From Pachysolen tannophilus NRRL Y-2460 (taxonomy: Eukaryota), in contig KV454017.1 of assembly GCA_001661245.1 (NCBI GenBank), positions 487,061-551,060 of the forward strand: DNA of 64,000 nucleotides. The letters are read 5' to 3'. Under the pieces are notes generated by a model. It was given only the letters and a program-made list of their open reading frames with translations, had not been told where the DNA came from and did no database searches. The translations under genes were made by a program, and so were the position numbers. Every line of letters begins with the position of its first letter. The stretch's first letter is position 1. Shown piece by piece: positions 1-11,140 of this stretch.

Positions 1-1023
1 CAACATCATACATTTCAGCCGCACCAGCAACAACCACTTCCAGCTGTTCAGCCGCCACAATATTTCAACCCATCAGCAAATTATAGTCCGGAATATTATC
101 AGTATTATCAACAATATCCAGTTCCTCAATATTTTCAAGGAATGATGACACAAGCTTCAGCAAATTCACCATATGGGAGATACTATTACCAACCATATCC
201 TTCAAGATATAATTATCCTCCAAATTATTCTCCACATCCGCCTTCAGCTTCATCGAATCAAGTACTTCCTTCATCTAATGAACTTTCAGAAGGGGCAGAA
301 CTGACATCATCAAGAAATACAAGTACAAATTTAAATAATAATAAATTGAGTAAAATTACTAAATCAAGTACAACTTCTGGTGTAACGGATATTGAAAATG
401 TCAGCGGCAAAAATAATTATAAAGTTAAAAAACCTAAAAAACAACCTAAGGTGAAATTACCACCAAAACAAGAGATAGTGGATAATTCTGGAACTAATAT
501 TCAAAGACCATATCCATGTACTCATGAAGGATGCCTTTGGGCTTTTGCAAGACAAAGTGATTTGAAAAGACATATAAAATCACACATGCCTCCACTGTTT
601 CATTGCCCCTTTTGGAAAAGTGATCCAACGTGTCATAGAAATGGTGGCGCATTCAATAGGTTGGATGTTTTGAAAAGACATCTTAAATTGGTACATTTTG
701 TTCAAGATAAAGATGATTTTTCTACAAGCAGTAGAATTGAAAAAGGTTGGTGTAGATCTTGCCAAAGACAATTTTCTTCCGTTAGAGAGTTTGTCGATCA
801 TTGCGAGACATGTGCTGCAAATTTGCATCCAACAGAATGGAAACAACATTACAGTAACGGCAACAGCAACGGAAACGGTAATAGTCTAACTTCTATAGGG
901 TCAGATATATCAGCAAGAAGAAAACCGAGAATCTCTAAAGCAAAATTGAAATCCAACCAGCAAGAAAGTCCAGAGAGTATCGACGACGTAGAAGCAGAAT
1001 CTGTTGGAGAACAGGTGAGTTAA
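1..1023 (+). CDS. C2H2 zinc-finger transcription factor, Stp1-4-like; 5' end lies outside the window
   Basis: The frame is open from base 1 (Q/P/Y-rich) through the annotated ATG at 142. Fingers CTHEGC..FARQSDLKRHIKSH, FHCPFW..CHRNGGAFNRLDVLKRHLKLVH and GWCRSC..H resemble the Stp1-type finger pattern (HCPFF..CH.SGGFSRRD). Confidence 0.7.
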   Translation, partial: QHHTFQPHQQQPLPAVQPPQYFNPSANYSPEYYQYYQQYPVPQYFQGMMTQASANSPYGRYYYQPYPSRYNYPPNYSPHPPSASSNQVLPSSNELSEGAELTSSRNTSTNLNNNKLSKITKSSTTSGVTDIENVSGKNNYKVKKPKKQPKVKLPPKQEIVDNSGTNIQRPYPCTHEGCLWAFARQSDLKRHIKSHMPPLFHCPFWKSDPTCHRNGGAFNRLDVLKRHLKLVHFVQDKDDFSTSSRIEKGWCRSCQRQFSSVREFVDHCETCAANLHPTEWKQHYSNGNSNGNGNSLTSIGSDISARRKPRISKAKLKSNQQESPESIDDVEAESVGEQVS

Positions 1024-1130
1024 CCAACAACAAAAACTTATTGACTACGATTTTTAAAGGTGTTATATGGATAGATCCTGATGTTTTTGGCGTTATTGTT
1101 TTATTTTATTTGATTTTTTTTTTTTTTTTT

Positions 1131-1946
1131 NNNNNNNNNNNNNNNNNNNNNNNNNNNNNNNNNNNNNNNNNNNNNNNNNNNNNNNNNNNNNNNNNNNNNN
1201 NNNNNNNNNNNNNNNNNNNNNNNNNNNNNNNNNNNNNNNNNNNNNNNNNNNNNNNNNNNNNNNNNNNNNNNNNNNNNNNNNNNNNNNNNNNNNNNNNNNN
1301 NNNNNNNNNNNNNNNNNNNNNNNNNNNNNNNNNNNNNNNNNNNNNNNNNNNNNNNNNNNNNNNNNNNNNNNNNNNNNNNNNNNNNNNNNNNNNNNNNNNN
1401 NNNNNNNNNNNNNNNNNNNNNNNNNNNNNNNNNNNNNNNNNNNNNNNNNNNNNNNNNNNNNNNNNNNNNNNNNNNNNNNNNNNNNNNNNNNNNNNNNNNN
1501 NNNNNNNNNNNNNNNNNNNNNNNNNNNNNNNNNNNNNNNNNNNNNNNNNNNNNNNNNNNNNNNNNNNNNNNNNNNNNNNNNNNNNNNNNNNNNNNNNNNN
1601 NNNNNNNNNNNNNNNNNNNNNNNNNNNNNNNNNNNNNNNNNNNNNNNNNNNNNNNNNNNNNNNNNNNNNNNNNNNNNNNNNNNNNNNNNNNNNNNNNNNN
1701 NNNNNNNNNNNNNNNNNNNNNNNNNNNNNNNNNNNNNNNNNNNNNNNNNNNNNNNNNNNNNNNNNNNNNNNNNNNNNNNNNNNNNNNNNNNNNNNNNNNN
1801 NNNNNNNNNNNNNNNNNNNNNNNNNNNNNNNNNNNNNNNNNNNNNNNNNNNNNNNNNNNNNNNNNNNNNNNNNNNNNNNNNNNNNNNNNNNNNNNNNNNN
1901 NNNNNNNNNNNNNNNNNNNNNNNNNNNNNNNNNNNNNNNNNNNNNN
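1131..1946. other. assembly gap (N run)
   Basis: Run of N preceded by a poly-T tract. Confidence 0.99.
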
Positions 1947-2129
1947 GTACTCAAGTAACTGTAACTCATTCAAATATACGTTCATCTATCCATTCATTCA
2001 GTCATTTTTATCCTTATCTTCTTTTATTTCTTTCTTCTTCCTCTTACATTCATCTTTTAAATATTATATATATAATTATATTTATTTATTTATCTAGAAC
2101 CTTTAGTACTATCCATGTATTATGGGCGT

Positions 2130-2145
2130 ATTCCTTAAAGGGAAA
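2130..2145. promoter_or_regulatory. candidate Mcm1 (MADS-box) site upstream of the omega GST
   Basis: ATTCCTTAAAGGGAAA: CC-N6-GG core with A/T flanks. Confidence 0.35.
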
Positions 2146-2571
2146 ATTTAAAGCGGCTTTTGATCTTGCAGTAATTTGAATTTAGTTTTGATTGATTTTA
2201 CTGAAGAATAATAATACTTTTGTATGAGTTTAAAAAGGTGAACTTCAGGACGTAAAAAAAAAAGAAAAAGTAAAAGAAAGAGAGAAGTTGGATATTTGAA
2301 GATTGACGGAAATTAGAAATCTTGAAGGTTTTTTGGTACTAGTAGTTAATTCTTTGTGTTATCAAATCAATATGACGCTTTTATTAGAAGAATCCGTCGA
2401 GTTTGATCAAAGCAAATCCGTTTGCATTTCCCATTGTAATGGGTTTAGTTGTAGCACCAGATATTTCAAGAGTTGATAAATATTGGAATATCCCTTATAT
2501 ATTGATGTTTAGTGATGCATTCTTAAAAAGTTTTCACATTTGAGCATTTATCTGGGGTTAATTGATACATA

Positions 2572-2578
2572 TTAGTAA
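2572..2578. promoter_or_regulatory. candidate Yap1 response element
   Basis: TTAGTAA about 190 bp upstream of a glutathione transferase. Short motif in AT-rich DNA, so it may be a chance match. Confidence 0.35.
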
Positions 2579-2769
2579 TATTGTAGTAAGTTTAGCAATT
2601 ATAGCATAAATTCTGTAAAAGGAAATTAATTTAAGTTGTATTTAATTTCCTTTATATTAGTTTGTTTTTACTATAAGGTGGTTTGATAATTGCTTTGATA
2701 TTTATTGGATAATAAGTATATATCTATAATTATAAAGAAAATTGTGAAATTAAAAGGAATAAATTGACA

Positions 2770-3762
2770 ATGACACCAGTTGAAAAGAAACAGAAAATAG
2801 AGATTCAAAAATTTGCTGGTGAAGATGGTCAATACAAGAGGAGGGCTTCAGTATTTAGGGATTTCATCTCTTCAAAACCTGGTTCCCAATTTTTGGCAGA
2901 ACTGAATAGATATCATTTATATGTAAGTTATGCATGTCCTTGGGCTACTAGGTGTCTTATTGTTAGAAGTTTAAAAGGATTGAGTTCAATTATTTCATTA
3001 TCGGTTGTCCATTGGCATATGGATTCAGAAGGTTGGAGATTTCCAAGTGATGATGATAAATGTAAAGATGCAACAATTGATCATATTTACGGTTTTAAAA
3101 GAATCAAGCAATTATATTTTAAAGCCAATGAAAATTATGATGGAAGATTTACAGTTCCTGTCTTATGGGATAAAAAATTACATACTATAGTAAATAATGA
3201 AAGTTCAGAAATAATTCGAATGCTTAATTCTGAATTTAATCATTTGATTGATGATGAACATAAAAAAAAATTGAATTTATATCCTACTGAATTACAGAAA
3301 CAGATTGATGAATTAAATTCTTGGGTTTATGATAATATTAATAATGGTGTTTATAAGACAGGTTTTGCTACTAAGCAAGAAATTTATGAAAATGAAGTTT
3401 TAAACGTTTTTAAATATCTTGACAAGGCAGAATTAATTTTAAAAGAAAATTTTACAAAGGGAGAAACTTATCTTATTGGAAACCAATTAACAGAAGCTGA
3501 TGTCAGATTATTTGTTACCATTATTAGATTCGATCCAGTTTACGTTCAACATTTCAAGTGTAACATTGGTATGATTCGCCATGATTTTCCAAACATTCAC
3601 AAGTGGATGAGATTATTATTTTGGACTAATGCCTCTTTCAAAGAAACTACAAATTTTGATCATATCAAGTTTCATTATACTAAGAGTCACAAGTATATTA
3701 ACCCTCATGGAATTACACCATTGGGTCCAATACCAAATATCTTACCACTTGACCATAGTTAG
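2770..3762 (+). CDS. ECM4: omega-class glutathione transferase / S-glutathionyl-hydroquinone reductase (ECM4/GTO, YqjG family)
   Basis: RYHLYVSYACPWA active-site motif, RFTVPVLWDKK..TIVNNESSEIIRM, INNGVYKTGFA, HIKFHYTKSH..INP.GITPLGP. First ATG at 2770. Confidence 0.93.
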   Translation: MTPVEKKQKIEIQKFAGEDGQYKRRASVFRDFISSKPGSQFLAELNRYHLYVSYACPWATRCLIVRSLKGLSSIISLSVVHWHMDSEGWRFPSDDDKCKDATIDHIYGFKRIKQLYFKANENYDGRFTVPVLWDKKLHTIVNNESSEIIRMLNSEFNHLIDDEHKKKLNLYPTELQKQIDELNSWVYDNINNGVYKTGFATKQEIYENEVLNVFKYLDKAELILKENFTKGETYLIGNQLTEADVRLFVTIIRFDPVYVQHFKCNIGMIRHDFPNIHKWMRLLFWTNASFKETTNFDHIKFHYTKSHKYINPHGITPLGPIPNILPLDHS

Positions 3763-4229
3763 TGCTACGGTATTTAGCAAAACAAAAAAACCAAAAAAAA
3801 AACGAAAAAAAAAGTTTGCTTTTGCTTATATTTATTACTTATTTATTATAACTGTAGAAATTATAAAAAATGTAGTCATTTCTATTATAATGAAAAGTCC
3901 TAGTGGTAATAGTAATAGTAGGAAAATAGAGCTTACTATTGTATATAAAATGTATTAAATCCGAAAATACACTTAACGCTATTATCTTTTTTGCTTTCGG
4001 ACAATTTTTCGTAGTTATCAATTAGATGAGAATTGCTAAATAAATAAAGCGGGTTTCTTTTTTTATTTTTTCTATTTATTTTTTTGCCATTTTTTTCATT
4101 CTTTTTCATTTTTTTTTCTTTCTTCATTTTGAGTTTCTATAAAGTTTAAGAACCTATTTAATGTGGAGTTGTATTTGATCAGAAAAGTTGAATATATAAA
4201 TATATATTTAAAGATAGGTGATATAAAAT

Positions 4230-5117
4230 ATGCTTCAAATAATGGGACATTGGGTTCCTTCATTTTTATCTTCCATATCTTCGGAGTTAGATTCTGAACA
4301 TCCGTTTATACATTTTTCATTTGCAACAGTTGATTCGCACGGCTCTCCACATGTTCGAACAGTTGTATTTAGAAGTTTTTTATTTGATAATTCCAAGACA
4401 AATGTTTTAACTTTTTGTACTGATAAGAGAATGAAAAAATATAAAGAATTGTATGAAAATTGTAAATTTGAAGCATGTTTTTATTTTTCCAAAAGTAAAA
4501 AACAATTTAGATTTTCTGGTATTGCTAAGATAATTGATGAAGAAAATCAACCAATTATTGATTTCCCACAAGGATTACTGATGAAGGAGAATATTTCTAG
4601 TGAAACAATAATTTCTTCATTTGAAAAAAATGAAAATGATGATGATGTTGTTAATTTAGAAGGAGAATATTATAATAATAATAATAATAATAAGATACGG
4701 CAAGTTCAAGCTGATACTTTAGTTTATCCTCTTTTATCACCTTCTATTGTGGCAAAATATAATTCTCGAGAGAAATTTGAAAGTGCAGTTCCACTGCTGG
4801 ATTTAGTTCCACCAACACAAGAAGAATGGATACTGGAATGGCATAGACAATGGTCATCATTATCAAGATCAATGAAATCTACATTTAGAAAACCAACACC
4901 TGGATCCAAGATAACACCAGAAAAGAAAAAACTTTTGGATGCTTTGGGAAGAAGAGTTGATGGTGGGAATGATGATGCAGGCTTGAAGAACTTTGCCTTG
5001 ATTGCGTTGTTTGCAGATACTGTTGATTATGTTGATTTAGAAACAAGTAATAATAGACGAATCATTGACGTTAGAGTTGATGGTGATCAATGGAAAGAGA
5101 TTGAAGTTTGTCCCTAG
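4230..5117 (+). CDS. pyridoxamine 5'-phosphate oxidase-like FMN-binding protein (YGR017W/Alr4036-like)
   Basis: FATVD..G.PHVRTVVFR, TDKRMKK, EACFYF..KKQFRFSG, FRKP.PG and C-terminal W...EVCP. Confidence 0.8.
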   Translation: MLQIMGHWVPSFLSSISSELDSEHPFIHFSFATVDSHGSPHVRTVVFRSFLFDNSKTNVLTFCTDKRMKKYKELYENCKFEACFYFSKSKKQFRFSGIAKIIDEENQPIIDFPQGLLMKENISSETIISSFEKNENDDDVVNLEGEYYNNNNNNKIRQVQADTLVYPLLSPSIVAKYNSREKFESAVPLLDLVPPTQEEWILEWHRQWSSLSRSMKSTFRKPTPGSKITPEKKKLLDALGRRVDGGNDDAGLKNFALIALFADTVDYVDLETSNNRRIIDVRVDGDQWKEIEVCP

Positions 5118-5370
5118 ATAAAAAAGCAGAATTTTACGATAAATTTATTTTTATTTTTTATTTTTATTTTCATTTTTTTATTATTTTGGCTTATACAGAG
5201 ATGATTAATTATAGTTTGTTGGATATAATATGTTGTAGTATTAGTTATATACGTAGATGTAAACCTTGTATGTATTTAGATCTTTCATGTATTATTATTA
5301 TGTATAAAACGTGGTACTTTGCTCATGGTGTAGGAAGTACAATCAGAGAAAGAGAGAGAGAAAAAATAAA

Positions 5371-5530
5371 AGTGGTGTAGCTGGTGTGAGTGGTGTATGT
5401 GTAGTAGCTGCAAATGTGGTGTAAGTGGTGTAAGTGGTGTAATAATTACAAATGTGGTGTAGGTGGTGTATTAACTGTAATTGTGGTGTCAATGGTGTAT
5501 CTGGTGTAGGGTCTCTCAGGTGTAGGATGT
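5371..5530 (+). repeat. degenerate ~9-bp tandem array with (A/C)GTGGTGT(A/G) units
   Basis: More than 10 GGTGT cores, e.g. gtggtgtaagtggtgtaagtggtgta, ending in ggtgtaggatg. Confidence 0.85.
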
Positions 5531-6621
5531 TGGCTGCTTTTACTTTTTAATTTTTTTCTTCCCCCCTTTTTTCCCTTTTCCTTTTTTTCTTTCCTTCTTT
5601 TCTTTTTTTTTTTTTAACTTTACCGCCCTTCAGTGGTGTGGTGCTGTTATAAACTAGATTCTTATCCGTCTTACCCTGCCCCCCCTTTCCCGATCCAAAC
5701 AGATCACCCAAGCCTCCATTTATAGAAGTTTAATCCTGATCTACACTACCTGTTTTACATTTTTTCACATTTTTCACATTGTTTTTTACATGATTTTACT
5801 CATTTTTCTCTTTGTGTCATTTTTTTAAACTTTTTCTTAATCTTGAAAATTGAATAAAAACACAACTTCATTTTAAAAAAGAAAAAAGAAAAAATTAAAA
5901 AGAAAAAAAAAAAAAAATTTAATCAATCAATATTACAAAAAAAGTCTTATTTTGGTTTCTTTTTTTCTCTCTTTTTTTTTTTCTTTGTTTAATTTTTTTT
6001 ATTCCTTTCTTTTTCTACATATATATTTAGATATATATATATGATATATATATATATATCTATTATTATTAAAGTATAGACAATAGATCGTTTGGAGAAG
6101 TTTTTTTTTTTATTTGATGTATTTTTGTTTATAGAGATTTTTTTTTTGTTTAAAAGAAAAAGAGAAAATATTAAGGTAAAAAAAATTCTATTCAGAGACG
6201 ATTAAATTAATTATTTTTATTTTTATTATACATGAAACAATTAAAATAGTGGCTATATAAGACATTTTAAAGAGAAGAACAAAAAAAAAACAACAAAAAA
6301 ACATTAAAATAATAATAATAATTAAAAGAATAAAAAGATACAATTTAGTTAAGTATCAGTTATAATTAAATTTAAAAAGAAAAGAAAAAGGTTATTATTA
6401 TTATTTTTTTTTTTTTTTTTTGTTTAAGTGAATCAATCTATTTTCAGTGTTGTAGACGGTGGTATAGCGCGGTTAGACATTTTTTTTTAATTTCTTTCTT
6501 TCTTCACTTATTATTATCAATCAAGTCCAAAAACAAAAAAAAAAAAAAAAACACCAAATCAAAAGGAAAATAAATAATAAAAAAGAACAAAAAATTTTTG
6601 AATTAACAATGAACGTTATTA

Positions 6622-8235
6622 ATGATAAATGATAAATGCAAAATAGTGGCGGCTGCCGCTGCAGTTGCCGTTTCGGGCAGTAATACACCTCAATTGATAT
6701 CATCATCTTCACAATCACATCAGCAAATCAATTCAACTTCTGGTGGTGGTGGTGGTGGTAATGGTAATGGTGGTAATGGAGGAAACAGTAGTGGAGGAAA
6801 TGGTAGTGGAAACTCACAATCACAAGTTGTTGGTTTACATTATAAAATTGGTAAAAAAATTGGAGAAGGTTCATTTGGAGTTATATTTGAAGGTTCTAAT
6901 ATGATAAATGGTGCACCTGTAGCTATAAAATTTGAACCTAGAAAGACAGAAGCACCTCAATTAAGAGATGAGTATAGAACCTATAAACATTTGGCTGGTT
7001 CAAAAGGTATTCCAAATGCTTATTATTTTGGTCAAGAAGGTTTACATAATATTTTGGTTATTGATTTATTAGGACCTTCTTTAGAAGATTTATTTGATTG
7101 GTGTGGACGTCGTTTTACTGTTAAAACTGTTGTACAGATTGCTGTACAAATGATTTCATTAATTGAAACTGTTCATGCTCATGATTTAATCTATAGAGAT
7201 ATTAAACCTGATAATTTTCTTGTTGGTAGACCAGGATTAGATGATGAAAATGATGTTCATTTAGTTGATTTTGGTATGGCAAAACAATATAGAGATCCAA
7301 GAACAAAACAACATATACCATATCGTGAAAAAAAATCTTTAAGTGGTACAGCTCGTTATATGTCAGTTAATACTCATTTAGGTAGAGAACAATCAAGAAG
7401 AGATGATTTAGAAGCATTAGGTCATGTTTTTTTTTATTTTTTAAGAGGTCAATTACCATGGCAAGGTTTAAAAGCTCCAACAAATAAACAAAAATATGAA
7501 AAAATTGGTGAAAAAAAGAGAACTACACCAGTTTTAGATTTATGTGCTGGTTTACCAAAACAATTTGCTGTTTATTTAGAAACAGTTCGTGGTTTAGCAT
7601 TTGATGCAGATCCAGATTATAATTCTTTACGTCATTTATTATTAAGCGTATTGGAAGATATAGGAGAATCTGCAGATGGTCAATATGATTGGATGAGATT
7701 AAATGGTGGAAGAGGATGGGATGCTGCCATTAATAAAAAACCAAACTTGCACGGTTATGGCCATCCAAACCCACCAGGTGATAGAGATAGGCGTCATCAA
7801 CAACAAAGAAGATCAAATAGACTGCAACAATCAGCTCCTCAACAACAACAATACTTGCACCATAAGCAAATCAGAGAAAGACCACTTCCTCAACTTCCAC
7901 AACAACAACAGCAACTGCAACAACAACAACAACTTCTGCTGCAACAATCTCTGGCACAACAACAACAATTTTCTTCACTGTCTCCTCAGCAACAACAATC
8001 TTATCAATCACAAAGTCAAAATTTGAGTGTACAACTGCAATTGGGAGACTTACAGCAACAACAAAATTTCCATCAACAACATCAACAACTGCATTTACCA
8101 CAACATCAACAATCAATACCTTATATATCTCAGCATGAACTGCTGATTGATGGACAGCCTCAATTCCAACAAAAACAGACGAAACACGAACACGATGAAG
8201 AAGAGGATAATAAAAAAACTTGTTTTTGCTTTTAA
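6622..8235 (+). CDS. YCK2: casein kinase I, Yck1/Yck2 type, with Gly/Asn-rich N-terminus and polyQ C-terminal region
   Basis: [76 protein letters not shown] and a Cys-containing C-terminus. The exact start is uncertain (see findings). Confidence 0.92.
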   Translation: MINDKCKIVAAAAAVAVSGSNTPQLISSSSQSHQQINSTSGGGGGGNGNGGNGGNSSGGNGSGNSQSQVVGLHYKIGKKIGEGSFGVIFEGSNMINGAPVAIKFEPRKTEAPQLRDEYRTYKHLAGSKGIPNAYYFGQEGLHNILVIDLLGPSLEDLFDWCGRRFTVKTVVQIAVQMISLIETVHAHDLIYRDIKPDNFLVGRPGLDDENDVHLVDFGMAKQYRDPRTKQHIPYREKKSLSGTARYMSVNTHLGREQSRRDDLEALGHVFFYFLRGQLPWQGLKAPTNKQKYEKIGEKKRTTPVLDLCAGLPKQFAVYLETVRGLAFDADPDYNSLRHLLLSVLEDIGESADGQYDWMRLNGGRGWDAAINKKPNLHGYGHPNPPGDRDRRHQQQRRSNRLQQSAPQQQQYLHHKQIRERPLPQLPQQQQQLQQQQQLLLQQSLAQQQQFSSLSPQQQQSYQSQSQNLSVQLQLGDLQQQQNFHQQHQQLHLPQHQQSIPYISQHELLIDGQPQFQQKQTKHEHDEEEDNKKTCFCF

Positions 8236-8249
8236 AAAAAAAATTTACC

Positions 8250-8498
8250 NNNNNNNNNNNNNNNNNNNNNNNNNNNNNNNNNNNNNNNNNNNNNNNNNNN
8301 NNNNNNNNNNNNNNNNNNNNNNNNNNNNNNNNNNNNNNNNNNNNNNNNNNNNNNNNNNNNNNNNNNNNNNNNNNNNNNNNNNNNNNNNNNNNNNNNNNNN
8401 NNNNNNNNNNNNNNNNNNNNNNNNNNNNNNNNNNNNNNNNNNNNNNNNNNNNNNNNNNNNNNNNNNNNNNNNNNNNNNNNNNNNNNNNNNNNNNNNNN
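8250..8498. other. assembly gap (N run)
   Basis: Run of N. Confidence 0.99.
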
Positions 8499-9416
8499 AA
8501 AAAAATCTTTAAGTGGTACAGCTCGTTATATGTCAGTTAATACTCATTTAGGTAGAGAACAATCAAGAAGAGATGATTTAGAAGCATTAGGTCATGTTTT
8601 TTTTTATTTTTTAAGAGGTCAATTACCATGGCAAGGTTTAAAAGCTCCAACAAATAAACAAAAATATGAAAAAATTGGTGAAAAAAAGAGAACTACACCA
8701 GTTTTAGATTTATGTGCTGGTTTACCAAAACAATTTGCTGTTTATTTAGAAACAGTTCGTGGTTTAGCATTTGATGCAGATCCAGATTATAATTCTTTAC
8801 GTCATTTATTATTAAGCGTATTGGAAGATATAGGAGAATCTGCAGATGGTCAATATGATTGGATGAGATTAAATGGTGGAAGAGGATGGGATGCTGCCAT
8901 TAATAAAAAACCAAACTTGCACGGTTATGGCCATCCAAACCCACCAGGTGATAGAGATAGGCGTCATCAACAACAAAGAAGATCAAATAGACTGCAACAA
9001 TCAGCTCCTCAACAACAACAATACTTGCACCATAAGCAAATCAGAGAAAGACCACTTCCTCAACTTCCACAACAACAACAGCAACTGCAACAACAACAAC
9101 AACTTCTGCTGCAACAATCTCTGGCACAACAACAACAATTTTCTTCACTGTCTCCTCAGCAACAACAATCTTATCAATCACAAAGTCAAAATTTGAGTGT
9201 ACAACTGCAATTGGGAGACTTACAGCAACAACAAAATTTCCATCAACAACATCAACAACTGCATTTACCACAACATCAACAATCAATACCTTATATATCT
9301 CAGCATGAACTGCTGATTGATGGACAGCCTCAATTCCAACAAAAACAGACGAAACACGAACACGATGAAGAAGAGGATAATAAAAAAACTTGTTTTTGCT
9401 TTTAAAAAAAAAATTT
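8499..9416 (+). repeat. copy of the YCK 3' half (matches 7329-8246, offset 1170); probable unmerged contig overlap
   Basis: Identical by eye, including synonymous sites and the polyQ tract. It begins exactly at the gap edge and lacks the kinase N-lobe. Confidence 0.9.
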
Positions 9417-9988
9417 CCATTTTTATCTTGTCTATTAGATAATTAATCATTTATTATTATTATTAAGAAATTTGTTTGTGATTTTTTTTTTTTTTTTATT
9501 TTTGATGTTTTCATTTTTTTTTATTACTTTCTCCTATTTTTGTGTGTACGTCCCCTGTCTGTTTTCCAATATTTTTTAAACATTATTTTGCTTTTACTTT
9601 AATTCTTCAATAATTTGATCTTCAACTTGTAAATTAGAGAAGTCAAACAAAAAAAAAAACACACTAAAATAATAATTATAATTAAATAAATAAGAAAATT
9701 ACAATTATTTATTTTTATTTTTTCTTTTCTCTTTAAAATTTATTCATAATCATTAGCTTACTATTTAAAACAAAGTTAAAAAATAAATAAAAGTAAAAAA
9801 CATAAATGAAGGTAAAGAAATAAAGAAAAAAAAAAAAAAATACCACCACCACCAGTACCAACATTATTATAATAACTATATACATAACGACGAAAACTAC
9901 AAAAACTTCAAAAACTTTCTAATTCTATTATTTATACTTTCCAAACCTTTTACCAAATAGAGTGAGTATATGCCTTTTTCATTTTTTC

Positions 9989-11140
9989 TCAAAAAACTTT
10001 TTTTTCATCATTTAGTAGATTATCAAAAGCTCTTAATGATATTTGATACAAGAATAACATGATACTACTCTGTATAGAAGTCCAAATGAATCTTGGACCT
10101 ACACCGCTGAATAAGCCAACAAATCCTTCAGATCTGTAAACCACTAATAAACCTTTGAAAACTGATGAAGAAGTTAACAAGATTGGGGAGTTAGAAGCAG
10201 TAGTAGAAGCAGAAGTAGTAGAAGTAGTAATAGCTGCCTTAGCAGCAGCACTTGTAATAGCTTTAGATGATAGAGAAGCTGATGGATTTTGTGTTTGTAC
10301 TCTTGTCTTAATAACATCCAAAGGTGTTGTGATTATACCGGCTAACCCACCAGCTGCAGCACCGGTAATTAATTCATAAGGTATTGACAATTCTTCTTGT
10401 TGACGATTCAGCATAGAAAATTCAAAGGCATAATCTCTAAATTTTTCATAAAATGCAAATTGTAAAGCTGAAAATGGTAAATCTCTAAATAAAGTTGCTT
10501 TATAACCAAAAAATAAAGTTTTTGGACCTTCATCTCTAATAATTGTTGAAATTGCGTTAAAAGTAGATTTATAATTATATCCACTTTTAAAATAAGGATT
10601 ATTATACCGTCCTTGTAATTGTAATCTTGTCTTTAAAACTTCGCTTGGAACATAAAATATAGAAGAGGCAAAATCTCCCAAGAAACCAGATACTAAATGT
10701 GTTATAGTATCAGGAACATTATAAGAATTTATTAATTTTCTCTTTGTATATTCATAAGTTATGAAAAATGTAGCAGCACTTGGGAAAGACCCTAACATAC
10801 AGGCACCATATCCTCCATATAAACCTCTTGCAAAACCTTCTTCTTTTAAAATTGTACCAAAAGCTGGAATCATATTTTTATATTTTAACGTATTGGGAGA
10901 ACCTTGTTGTCGTGTCTTCACCGTATCTAAAGAATGCATCACAGAATCTCCAATTGCACCACCAAACCCTCCCGCAAGCATGCAATGGAGTAATGGAGAA
11001 GCATACTCATCTCTATTCTTGTCACTGTTATAGTCTTCGCCATCCGGGGGAACGGATCTCAACTTTGAATATGAATTGAGATGTTGATCTTCATTATGAT
11101 GATATGGTATTGTTGTTGAACTCAATGTTATCGATGACAT
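9989..11140 (-). CDS. MME1: mitochondrial carrier family protein, Mme1/YMR166C-like (Mg2+ exporter)
   Basis: [63 protein letters not shown] (three carrier repeats), [21 protein letters not shown] at 11140. Confidence 0.88.
   Translation of the reverse strand: MSSITLSSTTIPYHHNEDQHLNSYSKLRSVPPDGEDYNSDKNRDEYASPLLHCMLAGGFGGAIGDSVMHSLDTVKTRQQGSPNTLKYKNMIPAFGTILKEEGFARGLYGGYGACMLGSFPSAATFFITYEYTKRKLINSYNVPDTITHLVSGFLGDFASSIFYVPSEVLKTRLQLQGRYNNPYFKSGYNYKSTFNAISTIIRDEGPKTLFFGYKATLFRDLPFSALQFAFYEKFRDYAFEFSMLNRQQEELSIPYELITGAAAGGLAGIITTPLDVIKTRVQTQNPSASLSSKAITSAAAKAAITTSTTSASTTASNSPILLTSSSVFKGLLVVYRSEGFVGLFSGVGPRFIWTSIQSSIMLFLYQISLRAFDNLLNDEKKVF

Noticed and set aside
1041..1985. Long ORFs made of X residues (also 8147-8540 and 22069-22581)
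   Set aside because: Artefacts of translating N runs.
8499..9416. Tandem duplicate or truncated paralogue of YCK
   Set aside because: Identical to 7329-8246 even in the mutable polyQ tract and starts exactly at an N-gap edge, typical of an unmerged contig overlap. Halved read depth over both copies would confirm this.
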